NCBI GenBank assembly: GCA_903928395.1
Contig: CAIYQS010000103.1
Location: 1 to 31,770, forward strand
DNA length: 31,770 nt
Origin: an uncultured Actinomycetes bacterium
Lineage (GTDB): Bacteria > Actinomycetota > Actinomycetes > Nanopelagicales > Nanopelagicaceae
Reading direction: 5' to 3'
Below, one piece after another: positions 9,378 through 18,902 of the stretch. Position 1 is the first letter of the stretch, and each line of letters opens with the position of its first letter. A program made the position numbers and the translations under genes. The notes under the pieces were generated by a model. The model searched no databases. It had not been told where the DNA came from and was given only the letters and a program-made list of their open reading frames with translations.

Positions 9378-9383
9378 AGCCTA
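9378..9383 (-). promoter_or_regulatory. -10 hexamer, putative leaderless M20-XPB promoter
   Basis: TAGGCT, 6 nt before ATG 9371; its TAG is the stop codon of the upstream gene. Confidence 0.55.
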
Positions 9384-11540
9384 GTTGGCAGGGCTCACGC
9401 CGGTGATTCGAGGAATTCGAAAATGGGCAATCTCACCCGTCGCGTGATCCCTTGCTACCAGAGTTCCGAGGGAGATCGAGAGTGGATCTATGAGGCGATT
9501 GGAGACACCGCCATTAGTGTCGGCATACCCAATTGTGAGGCTTGCGCGCTCTTCAATATATTGATGGAGCAGATCGACAGTCTCATTAGCGGAAGTTCTA
9601 GGCACTTCTCGGGGTTTGTGAGCGCTCGCACGTTCTCCGGCACGTAGCGCACGAACGGCTGAGGATATGAGGGTCTCGTTCGGGACCCCGAACTCCGTGA
9701 CGATGCGAGGTGGCTTTGGCCGCGATTTAGCCCGACGAACGGTCGGAGCTGTAACTAGAACCCCTGTCTCATTTTCTGCGGCTGGCAAGTATCCAACTTC
9801 ACGCAGCACGCTCATGAGTTCTCCGCTTTCGACGTCGCTGATGAGTACTTGGGAAGAAAGTTTGCGCATTCGTAGCGCCTCTAACCGCCGATCGTGTAGG
9901 AGTTCCTGAATTAAACCTTCATCTTCGCAGCGAAGATAGGAAGTGGTGTTGCCAACTCGCAATTTTCCATGACGCTTGGCGACATCGGTGATGAGGTATT
10001 CGAGAGGTTGCGGCATTGGAGTCTTGGATATTTTTTTCAAGAAATCTTTGATCTGATCCCCGGTCTGTCCGTGATCTAATCCACGACGAATGGAAGTTTC
10101 ACTAAATCGATAAACGCTTGCTCCACCACGACTTTCGATATCCGCAATGGTACCGATCGAGTTTGCGAGCTCGAGGGTAAGCGGGCCTGGAGCTACAGCG
10201 CTGTTGTCGGCCTGGATTAAAATGTGATCGACGGGTTTAGGGAGTGCAGCTTCAATCCCTAACTCAACATGTGAAATCAGGGCTAGTCCAAAAGTTGAAA
10301 GCGCGCCTTGACCGGTTAGTCCAAGCCACTCCGCCTCACGAAGAATCCACTCATTGAAGTCGCGATTTGCGCGGGTAGGAAGGAGCCAGGTAAGCGCCGC
10401 GGAAATAGAATCAAGTGTCGGATCAATCGTGGGATTCTGCTTCAGCAAATTAAGAATTACTCGCTTAAGCGTTGAAACTCCACCGCGATCCAGTTCAGGC
10501 CCAAGAGCTGCCACATTTTTAGATTCACTTTTGCCGATCAATCCGCTTACTCGCGAGGTTTCTAGCCATAAGGAAACAAGTGCGTGCCATTGCTCTTCTA
10601 TGGTTTTGGTCAGCCAGATATCAAATAAGGAAGTGGGGAGAATATGGTCATCAGTGTCGATGACGATCAATCCGCCGATATAGAGGAGTTCTGCAACAAA
10701 GGCAGCACAAGTATCTGAGATGCCTAAATGTTCGGCGGTTCGTTTGAGATCACGCACGCCAAGCCCACCAGAGCGAAGTGCTACTGGAGGCTCATCTGAC
10801 CAATGGTGCCCCAATTCCTCAGCCCAGCGGACAAAGGTAGAAATATTTGCGATAGCGGCTAGATCCGCCGCCTTTTGCTTACGAGATGTGCCAACGATTT
10901 CGGGCATAGTTGGTTGAAGTTCCTTAAAAACTTTTCCGCCTCGAAGGAACATCGCCACTTCACGCGGCAACATGACAGTCTGTGAATCAAACGGAGTTAA
11001 GAACCCTTTTTCTAACAACCACGCGATTGCGGGTGGGGCTTTTTTGACGTCAGCGATCTGACCCTTTGGGGGACCCCATACCAATTTTTCAAGGGTTTCC
11101 TGTGCTCCCTTGGGAGCACTCTTGAGCGCTTCAAAATCAACACTTTTGGAACTTTTCACTCCGAGTCCAGCAGGATATTCCCCGACCATGGCCCGGACAT
11201 TTGTTGGAACTCGATATCGCCCATCATCTTTATAAATTAAAGCCAGTTCCCAGAGTGAGTCCAACGCCTGCGCGGACCGCTCAGAGGTGACGCTCACTAT
11301 TTGCGAATGTGCCACTGGTTCTTCAAGTGTGCAGAGGGCGCTCAAAATGTCGAGTCGGAACTTGTCCAAGGATTCTCGAGCTCGCAGCAAACTCGGCATT
11401 GAACTTGCTCGAGCCGCGAGCGCCATCACATCGGGGGGTACGGGTGAAATGAGGTCGGGACGCAGCGAAAAGAGGGTCGTGATCTGATCATCGGACCGGC
11501 TGCGTAGCTCCTCCGTGAAGGAGATGGTTGAGTTCGACAT
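9381..11540 (-). CDS. XPB-associated protein (Rv0862c-like) with a Helicase_C_3-type domain and C-terminal WYL-like domain
   Basis: 719 aa; ILIQADNSAVAPGPL...VYRFSETSIRRGLD...PMPQPLEYLITDVAKRHG domain; C-terminal IGYADTNG...RLIDPL...LVARDHATGEIAHFRIPRI. Confidence 0.85.
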   Translation of the reverse strand: MSNSTISFTEELRSRSDDQITTLFSLRPDLISPVPPDVMALAARASSMPSLLRARESLDKFRLDILSALCTLEEPVAHSQIVSVTSERSAQALDSLWELALIYKDDGRYRVPTNVRAMVGEYPAGLGVKSSKSVDFEALKSAPKGAQETLEKLVWGPPKGQIADVKKAPPAIAWLLEKGFLTPFDSQTVMLPREVAMFLRGGKVFKELQPTMPEIVGTSRKQKAADLAAIANISTFVRWAEELGHHWSDEPPVALRSGGLGVRDLKRTAEHLGISDTCAAFVAELLYIGGLIVIDTDDHILPTSLFDIWLTKTIEEQWHALVSLWLETSRVSGLIGKSESKNVAALGPELDRGGVSTLKRVILNLLKQNPTIDPTLDSISAALTWLLPTRANRDFNEWILREAEWLGLTGQGALSTFGLALISHVELGIEAALPKPVDHILIQADNSAVAPGPLTLELANSIGTIADIESRGGASVYRFSETSIRRGLDHGQTGDQIKDFLKKISKTPMPQPLEYLITDVAKRHGKLRVGNTTSYLRCEDEGLIQELLHDRRLEALRMRKLSSQVLISDVESGELMSVLREVGYLPAAENETGVLVTAPTVRRAKSRPKPPRIVTEFGVPNETLISSAVRALRAGERASAHKPREVPRTSANETVDLLHQYIEERASLTIGYADTNGGVSNRLIDPLSISLGTLVARDHATGEIAHFRIPRITGVSPAN

Positions 11541-11566
11541 AACTGCCCTACATTACTGGGGTTTTG

Positions 11567-12340
11567 TTACTTAGCGCGACGCCAACTTCTAGGAGAAAGA
11601 AGGGTTCCAAACTTGACTAGGCGCCCCAAAATAGGCGCGGCGATCTTTTTTAACGCTCTCATCCTTCGAAAATCGTAAATTGGCCAATGGTTCTTTAGCG
11701 CGTATAACTGGAGCAAGGTATCGGGGTTAATTGCGCGCGGGTTACCGACCGCTTCCAAGAGTGGAATATCGTGGTGACTATCTGAGTATGCGTAAGAATT
11801 AGTTAAATCTATCCCGCGCTCTTCAGCTAATTCTTTGATAGCAATTGCTTTGTTCGGGCCGTGAAGCAACTGGCCGATTAATTTGCCGGTGTAGACGCCA
11901 TCTTGCACTTCAGCAACTGTTCCTAGCGCACCAGTAAATCCAAGTCGTTTTGCAATTACATCCGCTAAATCTTTCGGAGTTGCTGTGACAAGCCAAACTT
12001 CTTCATTGTGATCCAAATGGTTATTTGCAATTTCGATGGTTCCTTGCCAGAGCGCTGGGGAGACATATTGGTCATAAACCTCGATCCCCATTTCCTCAAT
12101 CACTGCTGCCTGGTGGCCGCGAAAGAACTCGCAGGCTGCGCCTTGAATCTTTGCAATCTCTTCTTTGTTTTCAACGCCTGATAGTCGAAATCGCAGATTT
12201 GCCATTACGAAATTTGAGATGTCTTTTCGCGTAAAAAAGCCCCTTTGGTACATCCCTTTGCTGAGAAAAAATAAGGAAGATCCCCGCATCAACGTATTGT
12301 CGACATCAAAGAAAGCTACTCGCTTCTGGGTGAGCGCCAT
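11567..12340 (-). CDS. HAD-IB family phosphatase (SerB1/Rv0505c-like)
   Basis: FFDVDNTL motif I, VTAT motif II, NKA and YSDSHHDIPLLEAVGNP. Confidence 0.9.
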   Translation of the reverse strand: MALTQKRVAFFDVDNTLMRGSSLFFLSKGMYQRGFFTRKDISNFVMANLRFRLSGVENKEEIAKIQGAACEFFRGHQAAVIEEMGIEVYDQYVSPALWQGTIEIANNHLDHNEEVWLVTATPKDLADVIAKRLGFTGALGTVAEVQDGVYTGKLIGQLLHGPNKAIAIKELAEERGIDLTNSYAYSDSHHDIPLLEAVGNPRAINPDTLLQLYALKNHWPIYDFRRMRALKKIAAPILGRLVKFGTLLSPRSWRRAK

Positions 12341-12346
12341 GTCACT

Positions 12347-12352
12347 AGCCTA
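12347..12352 (-). promoter_or_regulatory. -10 hexamer, putative leaderless HAD promoter
   Basis: TAGGCT, 6 nt before ATG 12340. Confidence 0.6.
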
Positions 12353-12399
12353 GCGACCTCGCCTGGAACTCTGGCGCAGAAGGGATGAATTGCCTCCTT

Positions 12400-12405
12400 T
12401 ATGCT
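12400..12405 (+). promoter_or_regulatory. -10 hexamer, putative leaderless ccs operon promoter
   Basis: TATGCT, 6 nt before ATG 12412. Confidence 0.6.
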
Positions 12406-12411
12406 TACTCC

Positions 12412-13035
12412 ATGACTTCAACGGTGCATTTCCTGCGACACGGGGAAGTCTTCAATCCTGAGAAAATCCTTTATGGCCGCCAACCGGGATGGTATCTCTC
12501 CGAACGTGGCCAAGAGATGGCAAAAACTGTTGGAGAGTGGTCCAAGCAATTTGATGTTGGTGCAATCTTGGCATCCCCTTTGCAACGCGCCCAGGAAACC
12601 GCAGCACCATTGGCGAAAGCTCACGGATTATCGATCATTACTAACGAGAATTTGATTGAAGCCGCAAATGTTTTTGAAGGTCAGAAATTTGAGATGGGAT
12701 CCGGGGTACTTCGTCATCCAAAATCTTGGCGCTATCTGACTCGACCTTGGATTCCTTCATGGGGGGAGCCATATGACCAACAGGTGACAAGAATGCTTGC
12801 TGCCCTTTTTGCAGCCAGAGATGCAGCCAACGGAAAGGATGCGTTTACAGTGTCGCATCAATTGCCGATCTGGATTCTGCGTTCGGCTGTAGAGGGACGC
12901 CACATGATGCATGATCCACGCAAGCGTGAATGCTCCTTGGCCTCTGTTACCAGTTTTCATTTGGATTCAAATGGCGAGATAAGCGGTGTGAGCTACGCAG
13001 AGCCAGCGAAGCATCTCTTGCCGGAGAAGAAATGA
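12412..13035 (+). CDS. Histidine phosphatase family protein (Rv0525-like), first gene of the ccs operon
   Basis: FLRHGE, ASPLQRAQETA and VSHQLPI; start placed at ATG 12412. Confidence 0.9.
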   Translation: MTSTVHFLRHGEVFNPEKILYGRQPGWYLSERGQEMAKTVGEWSKQFDVGAILASPLQRAQETAAPLAKAHGLSIITNENLIEAANVFEGQKFEMGSGVLRHPKSWRYLTRPWIPSWGEPYDQQVTRMLAALFAARDAANGKDAFTVSHQLPIWILRSAVEGRHMMHDPRKRECSLASVTSFHLDSNGEISGVSYAEPAKHLLPEKK

Positions 13036-13592
13036 AACGGCTTTCCCTCGCCGTTTTTGCCAGTGTTTTCTTATTAACAGGATGTTCAAGCGGCGGGATT
13101 TCAACTGCAAACCAGAACGCCTTCGTGTCGGGTGACGGCGTAGCAATCTATGTGAAATCGCAAGATAGAAAACCTGCACCACTAATTTCAGGTGCAACTT
13201 TGCAAAACGGTAACCTCACTCTTGGAACAGGCAAGGTGATTGTCCTTAATATTTGGGCCTCCTGGTGCGCGCCTTGTCGTGCCGAAGCGCCGCTACTCTC
13301 CGACTTTGCCCTTTCCTATAAATCTAAAGGTGTTGAGTTCGCCGGCATTCTCACCCGCGATAGCGTCTCTTCAGCACTCGAATTTGTAAAGAGATTTAAA
13401 CTCAACTACCCCACCTTTACTGACGATGCAATTCTCGCGAAATTTAGAAATTCTTTAGTCCCAAATGCGATTCCAACGACGTTGATTATTGATTCGCATG
13501 GGTATGTGGCAGCTCGAGTTAGTGGGGAAGTTACGGTCGCACTGCTCACGGAGTTAATCAACAAAGTGCTCAAGGATCCTCCACATGCATAA
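13032..13592 (+). CDS. resA: ResA/TlpA-like thiol-disulfide oxidoreductase lipoprotein
   Basis: Lipobox [18 protein letters not shown] and AIPTT; ATGA overlap with the upstream stop. The ORF-track start at 12930 is too early. Confidence 0.88.
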   Translation: MKRLSLAVFASVFLLTGCSSGGISTANQNAFVSGDGVAIYVKSQDRKPAPLISGATLQNGNLTLGTGKVIVLNIWASWCAPCRAEAPLLSDFALSYKSKGVEFAGILTRDSVSSALEFVKRFKLNYPTFTDDAILAKFRNSLVPNAIPTTLIIDSHGYVAARVSGEVTVALLTELINKVLKDPPHA

Positions 13593-14316
13593 TTTCTTTG
13601 TCAATCAGGTTCTCTCAGGCAATGTACTTCTCGCGCTTGGTGTTTCTGTCATCGCGGGGTTAATTTCATTTTTCTCGCCGTGTGTTCTGCCTCTGGTACC
13701 TGGGTATTTGGCTTATTCGGCCGGAATGACGGATGTAAAGAATAAAGGCCGCACGGCGCTCGGAGCAGTTCTCTTTGTCTCCGGGTTTTCGGTGCTATTT
13801 ATTAGTTATGGAGCCCTCTTTGGATCACTAGGTGCAAAAATCTCTAGCGGTTCACGCTGGCTTCAAATCGTTCTTGGTATCTTGACGATGTTGATGGGTA
13901 CCATTTTTCTCTTTAATCAAAAGTTCTATCGCTCCTTCAAACCACAATGGAAATCTACCGCCGGGCTCTTGGGTGCGCCTTTACTTGGATTCCTATTTGG
14001 ACTTGGTTGGACCCCTTGCATCGGTCCCACATTAGGTGCGGTTCAGGCGCTCTCATTCCAAAGTTCAAGCGCTTTGCGTGGTGCATTCTTATCAGTCGGG
14101 TATTGTTTTGGAATCGGCGTACCATTTATTTTAGTTGGGTTATTCTTTGATCAATCGGCAAAATTGCGACGTTTCATCTCCAAACGCGGAAATCTTCTAA
14201 CAATATTTGGTGGGGTTTTCTTGATAGTCATCGGATTTTTGCAAGCAACAGGGATGTGGGGACACCTCATTAATTCGTTGCGCTCCACCATTTCGAACTT
14301 TGTTCCGGTGATTTGA
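13585..14316 (+). CDS. ccdA: Cytochrome c biogenesis protein CcdA
   Basis: [14 protein letters not shown] and GWTPCIGP Cys motifs; about six transmembrane segments. Confidence 0.94.
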   Translation: MHNFFVNQVLSGNVLLALGVSVIAGLISFFSPCVLPLVPGYLAYSAGMTDVKNKGRTALGAVLFVSGFSVLFISYGALFGSLGAKISSGSRWLQIVLGILTMLMGTIFLFNQKFYRSFKPQWKSTAGLLGAPLLGFLFGLGWTPCIGPTLGAVQALSFQSSSALRGAFLSVGYCFGIGVPFILVGLFFDQSAKLRRFISKRGNLLTIFGGVFLIVIGFLQATGMWGHLINSLRSTISNFVPVI

Positions 14317-15803
14317 TGACTACTAATAAGTCTGGAGCACCAGATATTGGATTGGTTGGCTTGCTCAGATGGGCTTGGCGCCAGCTGACAAGCATGCGTA
14401 CCGCGCTCATTTTGTTGATGCTTCTGGGGGTTGCGGCTATTCCAGGTTCGCTCTTTCCACAGCGCAATCAAAATCCGCAGAAAGTCGATTCGTACTTCAC
14501 AACCGATCCCACTTTGGCAAAATGGATGGATCGACTCCACCTTTTTAATGTTTACGCTTCACCGTGGTTTAGCGCGATTTACCTACTTCTCTTTCTCTCA
14601 CTTATCGGCTGTGTTTTGCCACGTACGTTCCATCACCTCAAAGCAATTGGCAAGAAGCCGCCTCTCACTCCACGCAATCTTGATCGCATGGAGGGATATC
14701 GAATTGTTTCGACCGATTCGGAAATTGCGCTTGGCGTGGCAAAGAAATGGTTGAAAGAGAATCACTTTCGCATCAGAGTTGAGGGGGATTCAATATCTGC
14801 AGAGAAGGGATATAGTCGCGAAACTGGAAACTTGATGTTCCATTTGTCTCTCATATTGATTCTCGTTGGAGTCGCGCTCGGATCGCTCTTTGGAATGAAG
14901 GGGGAAGCGATTCTTAATGTTGGTGATCGTTTTATTAACACTCCAACGTCCTATGACAACATCACTTTTGGGAAATTTCAGGGTCAGGGTTCACTTGTGC
15001 CATTTTCATTGACGGCTACTAATTTTGTTGCAACGTATGATCCTGTAACGAGCGAGCCGAGCAATTATGTACTTACGACAAGTATCGCTAATCCAATTGG
15101 CACGTCAGCAAAAACTGTAATCATTAAAGTGAATAAACCTTGGACATCGGGGAGCACCAAGGTCTACTTACAAGCAAATGGATATTCTCCATTTGTCACG
15201 GTTCGCGACAAATCTGGCAACATCACTTTTCAAGGTCCAGTCATTTTCTTGCCACAAGATAGTAATTTAAGTTCGCTAGGTGCAATAAAGATTCCTGATA
15301 TGACCCCGCAGATCGGATTTATTGCTTCTTTCATTCCGACAGCGGGAAGTAGTGAAGCACGCGGAATTTTTTCAACGTACCCAGAGGTTCTCGATCCGAG
15401 GTTGGTCCTTTCGGCATGGCAGGGAAATTTGGGCTTAGATTCGGGGAACCCTCAATCGGTGTACTCGTTGGATACGTCAAAAATGAGAAAGATTGGATTA
15501 AAGGCGCTTACCCTGGGAAGTACCTATAATTTCGGAGCAGGTTCAATAACTTTTGATGGTTGGAAACCATGGGTCAATCTGCAGATCGTTGACGATCCGG
15601 GCAAAATGTATGCGCTCTTTGGTGCGATATTTGCAATCTTGGGGTTACTGATATCACTCTTTACACGCCAGCGAAGGATTTGGGTAAAGGTCGGCAATGG
15701 TGTTGAAATTGCGGGCTTGGCGAAGAACGGCATTCCAGGTTTAGCGGAAGAACTCACAGCGCTGACGCGAGCGCTGGTTGATGCAAAAGGAGAGTCGGAA
15801 TGA
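14313..15803 (+). CDS. resB: Cytochrome c biogenesis protein ResB/Ccs1
   Basis: [35 protein letters not shown] and GNLMFHLS with the conserved His; large extracytoplasmic domain. Confidence 0.93.
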   Translation: MMTTNKSGAPDIGLVGLLRWAWRQLTSMRTALILLMLLGVAAIPGSLFPQRNQNPQKVDSYFTTDPTLAKWMDRLHLFNVYASPWFSAIYLLLFLSLIGCVLPRTFHHLKAIGKKPPLTPRNLDRMEGYRIVSTDSEIALGVAKKWLKENHFRIRVEGDSISAEKGYSRETGNLMFHLSLILILVGVALGSLFGMKGEAILNVGDRFINTPTSYDNITFGKFQGQGSLVPFSLTATNFVATYDPVTSEPSNYVLTTSIANPIGTSAKTVIIKVNKPWTSGSTKVYLQANGYSPFVTVRDKSGNITFQGPVIFLPQDSNLSSLGAIKIPDMTPQIGFIASFIPTAGSSEARGIFSTYPEVLDPRLVLSAWQGNLGLDSGNPQSVYSLDTSKMRKIGLKALTLGSTYNFGAGSITFDGWKPWVNLQIVDDPGKMYALFGAIFAILGLLISLFTRQRRIWVKVGNGVEIAGLAKNGIPGLAEELTALTRALVDAKGESE

Positions 15804-16696
15804 CATCTACCAATTTGGCATTTTTCTCTAATGATTCAATTTATGCATGTTTGGTAATTTTTACGATTGCCTTTTTTGCCCACACCTTTGAAGTTTCGTG
15901 GTCGGTCAGAAATTCATCAGAGACTGACAGGACAGAATTTGATTTCTCTAAGACCCAGCGCGCGGGACGCGTTGGAACCGCAATGATGATTCTGGGTTTC
16001 ATTGTCCTAGGGGTTGCTGTAATTACTCGCGGACTTTCAGCGCACCGCGTTCCCTGGGGAAATATGTACGAATTTTCAATAACTGGTGCGTTGATGCTCA
16101 CCGCGGCCTATCTCTTTGCCTTCACAAAATACAAAGTCCGCTGGCTTGGTCTGCCGGTTTCAATCTCGGTGCTCTTGACCTTAGGTACCGCAATCACCGT
16201 TTTGTATCGTCCTAGCGCTCCATTGGTGCCCGCTTTAAAGTCTCCGTGGCTTGCAATTCATGTGCTCGCAGCAATTATCTCTGGTGGCGTATTTTTAGTA
16301 GCCAATTTGGTTGCCGCAACATTCTTAATAATGGAGCGCTACGAGTTAAAGGGTGAACGCCCCGCTTGGGCGCAGCGAATTCCTTCTTTGGATAGTCTGG
16401 ATCAACTCTCTTATCGACTCATTGCCTTCGTCTTTCCGCTTTGGACTTTTGCCATTATTGCTGGTGCGATTTGGGCTGAGTCAGCCTGGGGCAAGTATTG
16501 GGGCTGGGATCCAAAGGAGACTTGGGCTTTCATTACCTGGGTCGCATACGCAGCCTATCTGCATGCACGTGTAACCGTTGGTTGGAGAGGGCGGAAGGCG
16601 GCTTGGTTATGTATTTTTGCCGGCTCAACCTTCTTGTTTAACTACATCTACGTAAATATTTGGGGAACAGGATTACACACTTATTCTGGTTTGTAA
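15800..16696 (+). CDS. ccsA: Cytochrome c synthase CcsA/ResC (System II)
   Basis: PWGNMYEF, WLAIHV, the WWD-domain motif WGKYWGWDPKETW, YLHAR and GLHTY. Confidence 0.96.
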   Translation: MTSTNLAFFSNDSIYACLVIFTIAFFAHTFEVSWSVRNSSETDRTEFDFSKTQRAGRVGTAMMILGFIVLGVAVITRGLSAHRVPWGNMYEFSITGALMLTAAYLFAFTKYKVRWLGLPVSISVLLTLGTAITVLYRPSAPLVPALKSPWLAIHVLAAIISGGVFLVANLVAATFLIMERYELKGERPAWAQRIPSLDSLDQLSYRLIAFVFPLWTFAIIAGAIWAESAWGKYWGWDPKETWAFITWVAYAAYLHARVTVGWRGRKAAWLCIFAGSTFLFNYIYVNIWGTGLHTYSGL

Positions 16697-16699
16697 GAG

Positions 16700-16954
16700 T
16701 TAGAGTTTTTTCAAGAACTCCGGATTGTCATCTGGTGGAATCATTTTATTTGGGCGCCGCCTCGGTATTCCGACGGTTTTTGGACGCCCAATGAGTAGCC
16801 ATGCGATTGATCCAATTGAGCCAAAAATAATGATAATAACTAACCAAGCCCACTTGGGGAGATTGCGAACCATCTCTTGTTCGGTGCGGGCACAATCGAA
16901 GAGCCCGAAGAGCCAGACGGCCAGGCCACCGAGGAGAATGAGAACATCAAGCAT
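16700..16954 (-). CDS. Small membrane protein of PLD-nuclease N-terminal (PLDc_N) type
   Basis: 84 aa from ATG 16954; two transmembrane helices, DCART...LPKWAW...AWLLIGRP and C-terminal PPDDNPEFL. The ORF-track start at 17131 overlaps menA. Confidence 0.8.
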   Translation of the reverse strand: MLDVLILLGGLAVWLFGLFDCARTEQEMVRNLPKWAWLVIIIIFGSIGSIAWLLIGRPKTVGIPRRRPNKMIPPDDNPEFLKKL

Positions 16955-16961
16955 GGGATTG

Positions 16962-16967
16962 AGTTTA
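16962..16967 (-). promoter_or_regulatory. -10 hexamer, putative leaderless promoter of the PLDc_N gene
   Basis: TAAACT, 7 nt before ATG 16954. Confidence 0.55.
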
Positions 16968-16971
16968 CTGG

Positions 16972-17850
16972 CTAAACGAGTAACGCGATTGCCAGAGAAG
17001 TTGAAAACAGGAGTTGAAGTTTTCCAACTTGACCCAACATCGGGATCAATTCTGCCCCTTTTGCACCAGCTCTGATTCCTTTGATAATCCTGAGAGAGAT
17101 AGGGATAAAAGCAAGGGTAATGAGCGTCCATGGCGAAATGAAAGCGGCTACGAGCGCAGCAAAATGTGCGAGAACTAAAAGTCCGATAAACATTTTTCTG
17201 GCTCGTAGATCACCGAGTCGAACAGCCAATGTACGTTTTCCAACGAGAGAATCTTTAGGGAGGTCACGGAGATTATTGACTGCCAAAATTGCGCATGAAA
17301 GGGCTCCAACAGGAAGGGAAACCAGAATGCTTTGCCAGGTAATTCGGTGTGATTGCACTACGTAACTGCCAACGGTTGCCACTAATCCGAAAAAGAGAAA
17401 GACAGATATTTCTCCAAAACCGAGGTAACCATATGGCCGCGTACCTCCGGTGTAGGTCCAGGCGGCCAAAATACTTAAGGCCCCGACCAGGACAAGCCAC
17501 CAAGAAACTCGCACTGCCAAGACAACTCCGAAGAGTGATGCCACTGCAAAACATAACATCGCCGCTACTTTCACAGCGTGCGGGGTTGCTAAACCACTCG
17601 CTACCAGTCGAACTGGTCCAACCCGATTGTTATCCGTCCCGCGAACTCCATCGCTGTAATCATTGGAATAGTTGACTGCGATCTGGAGCAACAGACTGAC
17701 TAGGAGCGCTAAGAGCGCATTGAGGAAGTTGATCGAATGGTGATCTCGACGGATGAGCGCCGTACCAACCAACACGGGGGCAATAGCAGCGGGAAGAGTT
17801 CGCGGACGAGCGCCGATAACCCACTTCTTGGCTTGCCTCAACGTCTTCAT
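16972..17850 (-). CDS. menA: 1,4-dihydroxy-2-naphthoate polyprenyltransferase
   Basis: GARPRTL, NYSNDYSDGVRGTD, PYGYLGFGE and NNLRDLPKDSLVGKRTLAV. Confidence 0.96.
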   Translation of the reverse strand: MKTLRQAKKWVIGARPRTLPAAIAPVLVGTALIRRDHHSINFLNALLALLVSLLLQIAVNYSNDYSDGVRGTDNNRVGPVRLVASGLATPHAVKVAAMLCFAVASLFGVVLAVRVSWWLVLVGALSILAAWTYTGGTRPYGYLGFGEISVFLFFGLVATVGSYVVQSHRITWQSILVSLPVGALSCAILAVNNLRDLPKDSLVGKRTLAVRLGDLRARKMFIGLLVLAHFAALVAAFISPWTLITLAFIPISLRIIKGIRAGAKGAELIPMLGQVGKLQLLFSTSLAIALLV

Positions 17851-18902
17851 GGGTGCATCATCTCAAATCTGGAAGCTAATTTCTTACGATCAGGCTTCCC
17901 GATGGAGGTGCGGGGGAGTTCAAGATTTTCGAGAAATAGTTTTGGCACGGCTTGATTCCCAAAATGGCTTCGTAGCACTTGGTTAATTTCCTCTTTGTCG
18001 AATGGAGCACCCGCAGCCAGACAAAGACATTGCCCCCACTCCAGATTTGAAATAGCGCAACTCATAAATTCCGTTTGGTAAGTGGAGTTGAGAAATGAAT
18101 CCAGCGCTTCAAGTGAAACTTTTTCGCCGCCCGAGATTATTAGGTCATCGATCCGCCCTGTAACGAATAACTTTCCATCCTTCATGTAACCCGCATCGTT
18201 AGTGAGGAACCATTTTTCAGGATCAGTGAAGGGCGCGTCGATACCGAGATATTGTTTTGCTTGCATCGGCCCTCGCAACGCAATCCGGTCATCAGATCGT
18301 ATTTGAATTTCTACTCCTGTAAGTGGTTGATTGTTGTAAATGCATCCACCGGACATTTCTGTCATTCCATAAGTGGTGACAATATTTATACCAGCTGAGT
18401 GTGCTGCATCGAGTAGGTCACTATTGGTCGCTGCGCCACCCACAAGAACGGCTTGCGCGTTCTTTAAAGAATTAAGCAGATCTTGATCTTGATTGAGCGC
18501 TCGGTACAGCTGCGTCGGAACAATAGAAGTGAAGTCGAAATTCGATTCTACAATTTTGGTTCCCAGCGAAAGTGCACGAAGCAACACATTTACACCAGCG
18601 ATGTGGTTGGTTGGTAAAAGTAAGGACCATCGTTGCCCGCGCTCTGCCTGCAAATATTGATGTGCCGCGCTAGTAGATGCATGCAGTGCCCGTGCCGTAA
18701 GGGCTACCTCTTTGGGATGTCCAGATGAGCCACTTGTGGGTATGACCACGGCAATATCGGGATCCACGGTGCTGAAATTTGAGGGACCAAACGCCAAAGC
18801 TGGCCCGCTACCCTCTAGGGCTTGCTCCAAAGCCGCCATAGTGTGTGTGACAGGCCACGCAGCGGGTACCTCAAGTAACTCTCGCGGTGACTTATTAACC
18901 AT
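17847..18902 (-). CDS. menE: o-succinylbenzoate-CoA ligase (short actinobacterial type)
   Basis: TSGSSGHPKEV, LVGGAA, TTYGMTE, GRIDDLIISGGEKV and GKPDR; lies in the men cluster. Confidence 0.9.
   Translation of the reverse strand: MVNKSPRELLEVPAAWPVTHTMAALEQALEGSGPALAFGPSNFSTVDPDIAVVIPTSGSSGHPKEVALTARALHASTSAAHQYLQAERGQRWSLLLPTNHIAGVNVLLRALSLGTKIVESNFDFTSIVPTQLYRALNQDQDLLNSLKNAQAVLVGGAATNSDLLDAAHSAGINIVTTYGMTEMSGGCIYNNQPLTGVEIQIRSDDRIALRGPMQAKQYLGIDAPFTDPEKWFLTNDAGYMKDGKLFVTGRIDDLIISGGEKVSLEALDSFLNSTYQTEFMSCAISNLEWGQCLCLAAGAPFDKEEINQVLRSHFGNQAVPKLFLENLELPRTSIGKPDRKKLASRFEMMHP

Noticed and set aside
9372-11600. LexA box or PafBC-type (TGTCGG-N10-TANNNT) site upstream of the repair genes
   Set aside because: I found neither motif before the XPB partner, the M20-XPB pair or the radA operon (2154-2237).
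16955-17131. Upstream extension of the PLDc_N ORF
   Set aside because: Mostly overlaps menA in another frame; the domain starts at Met 16954.
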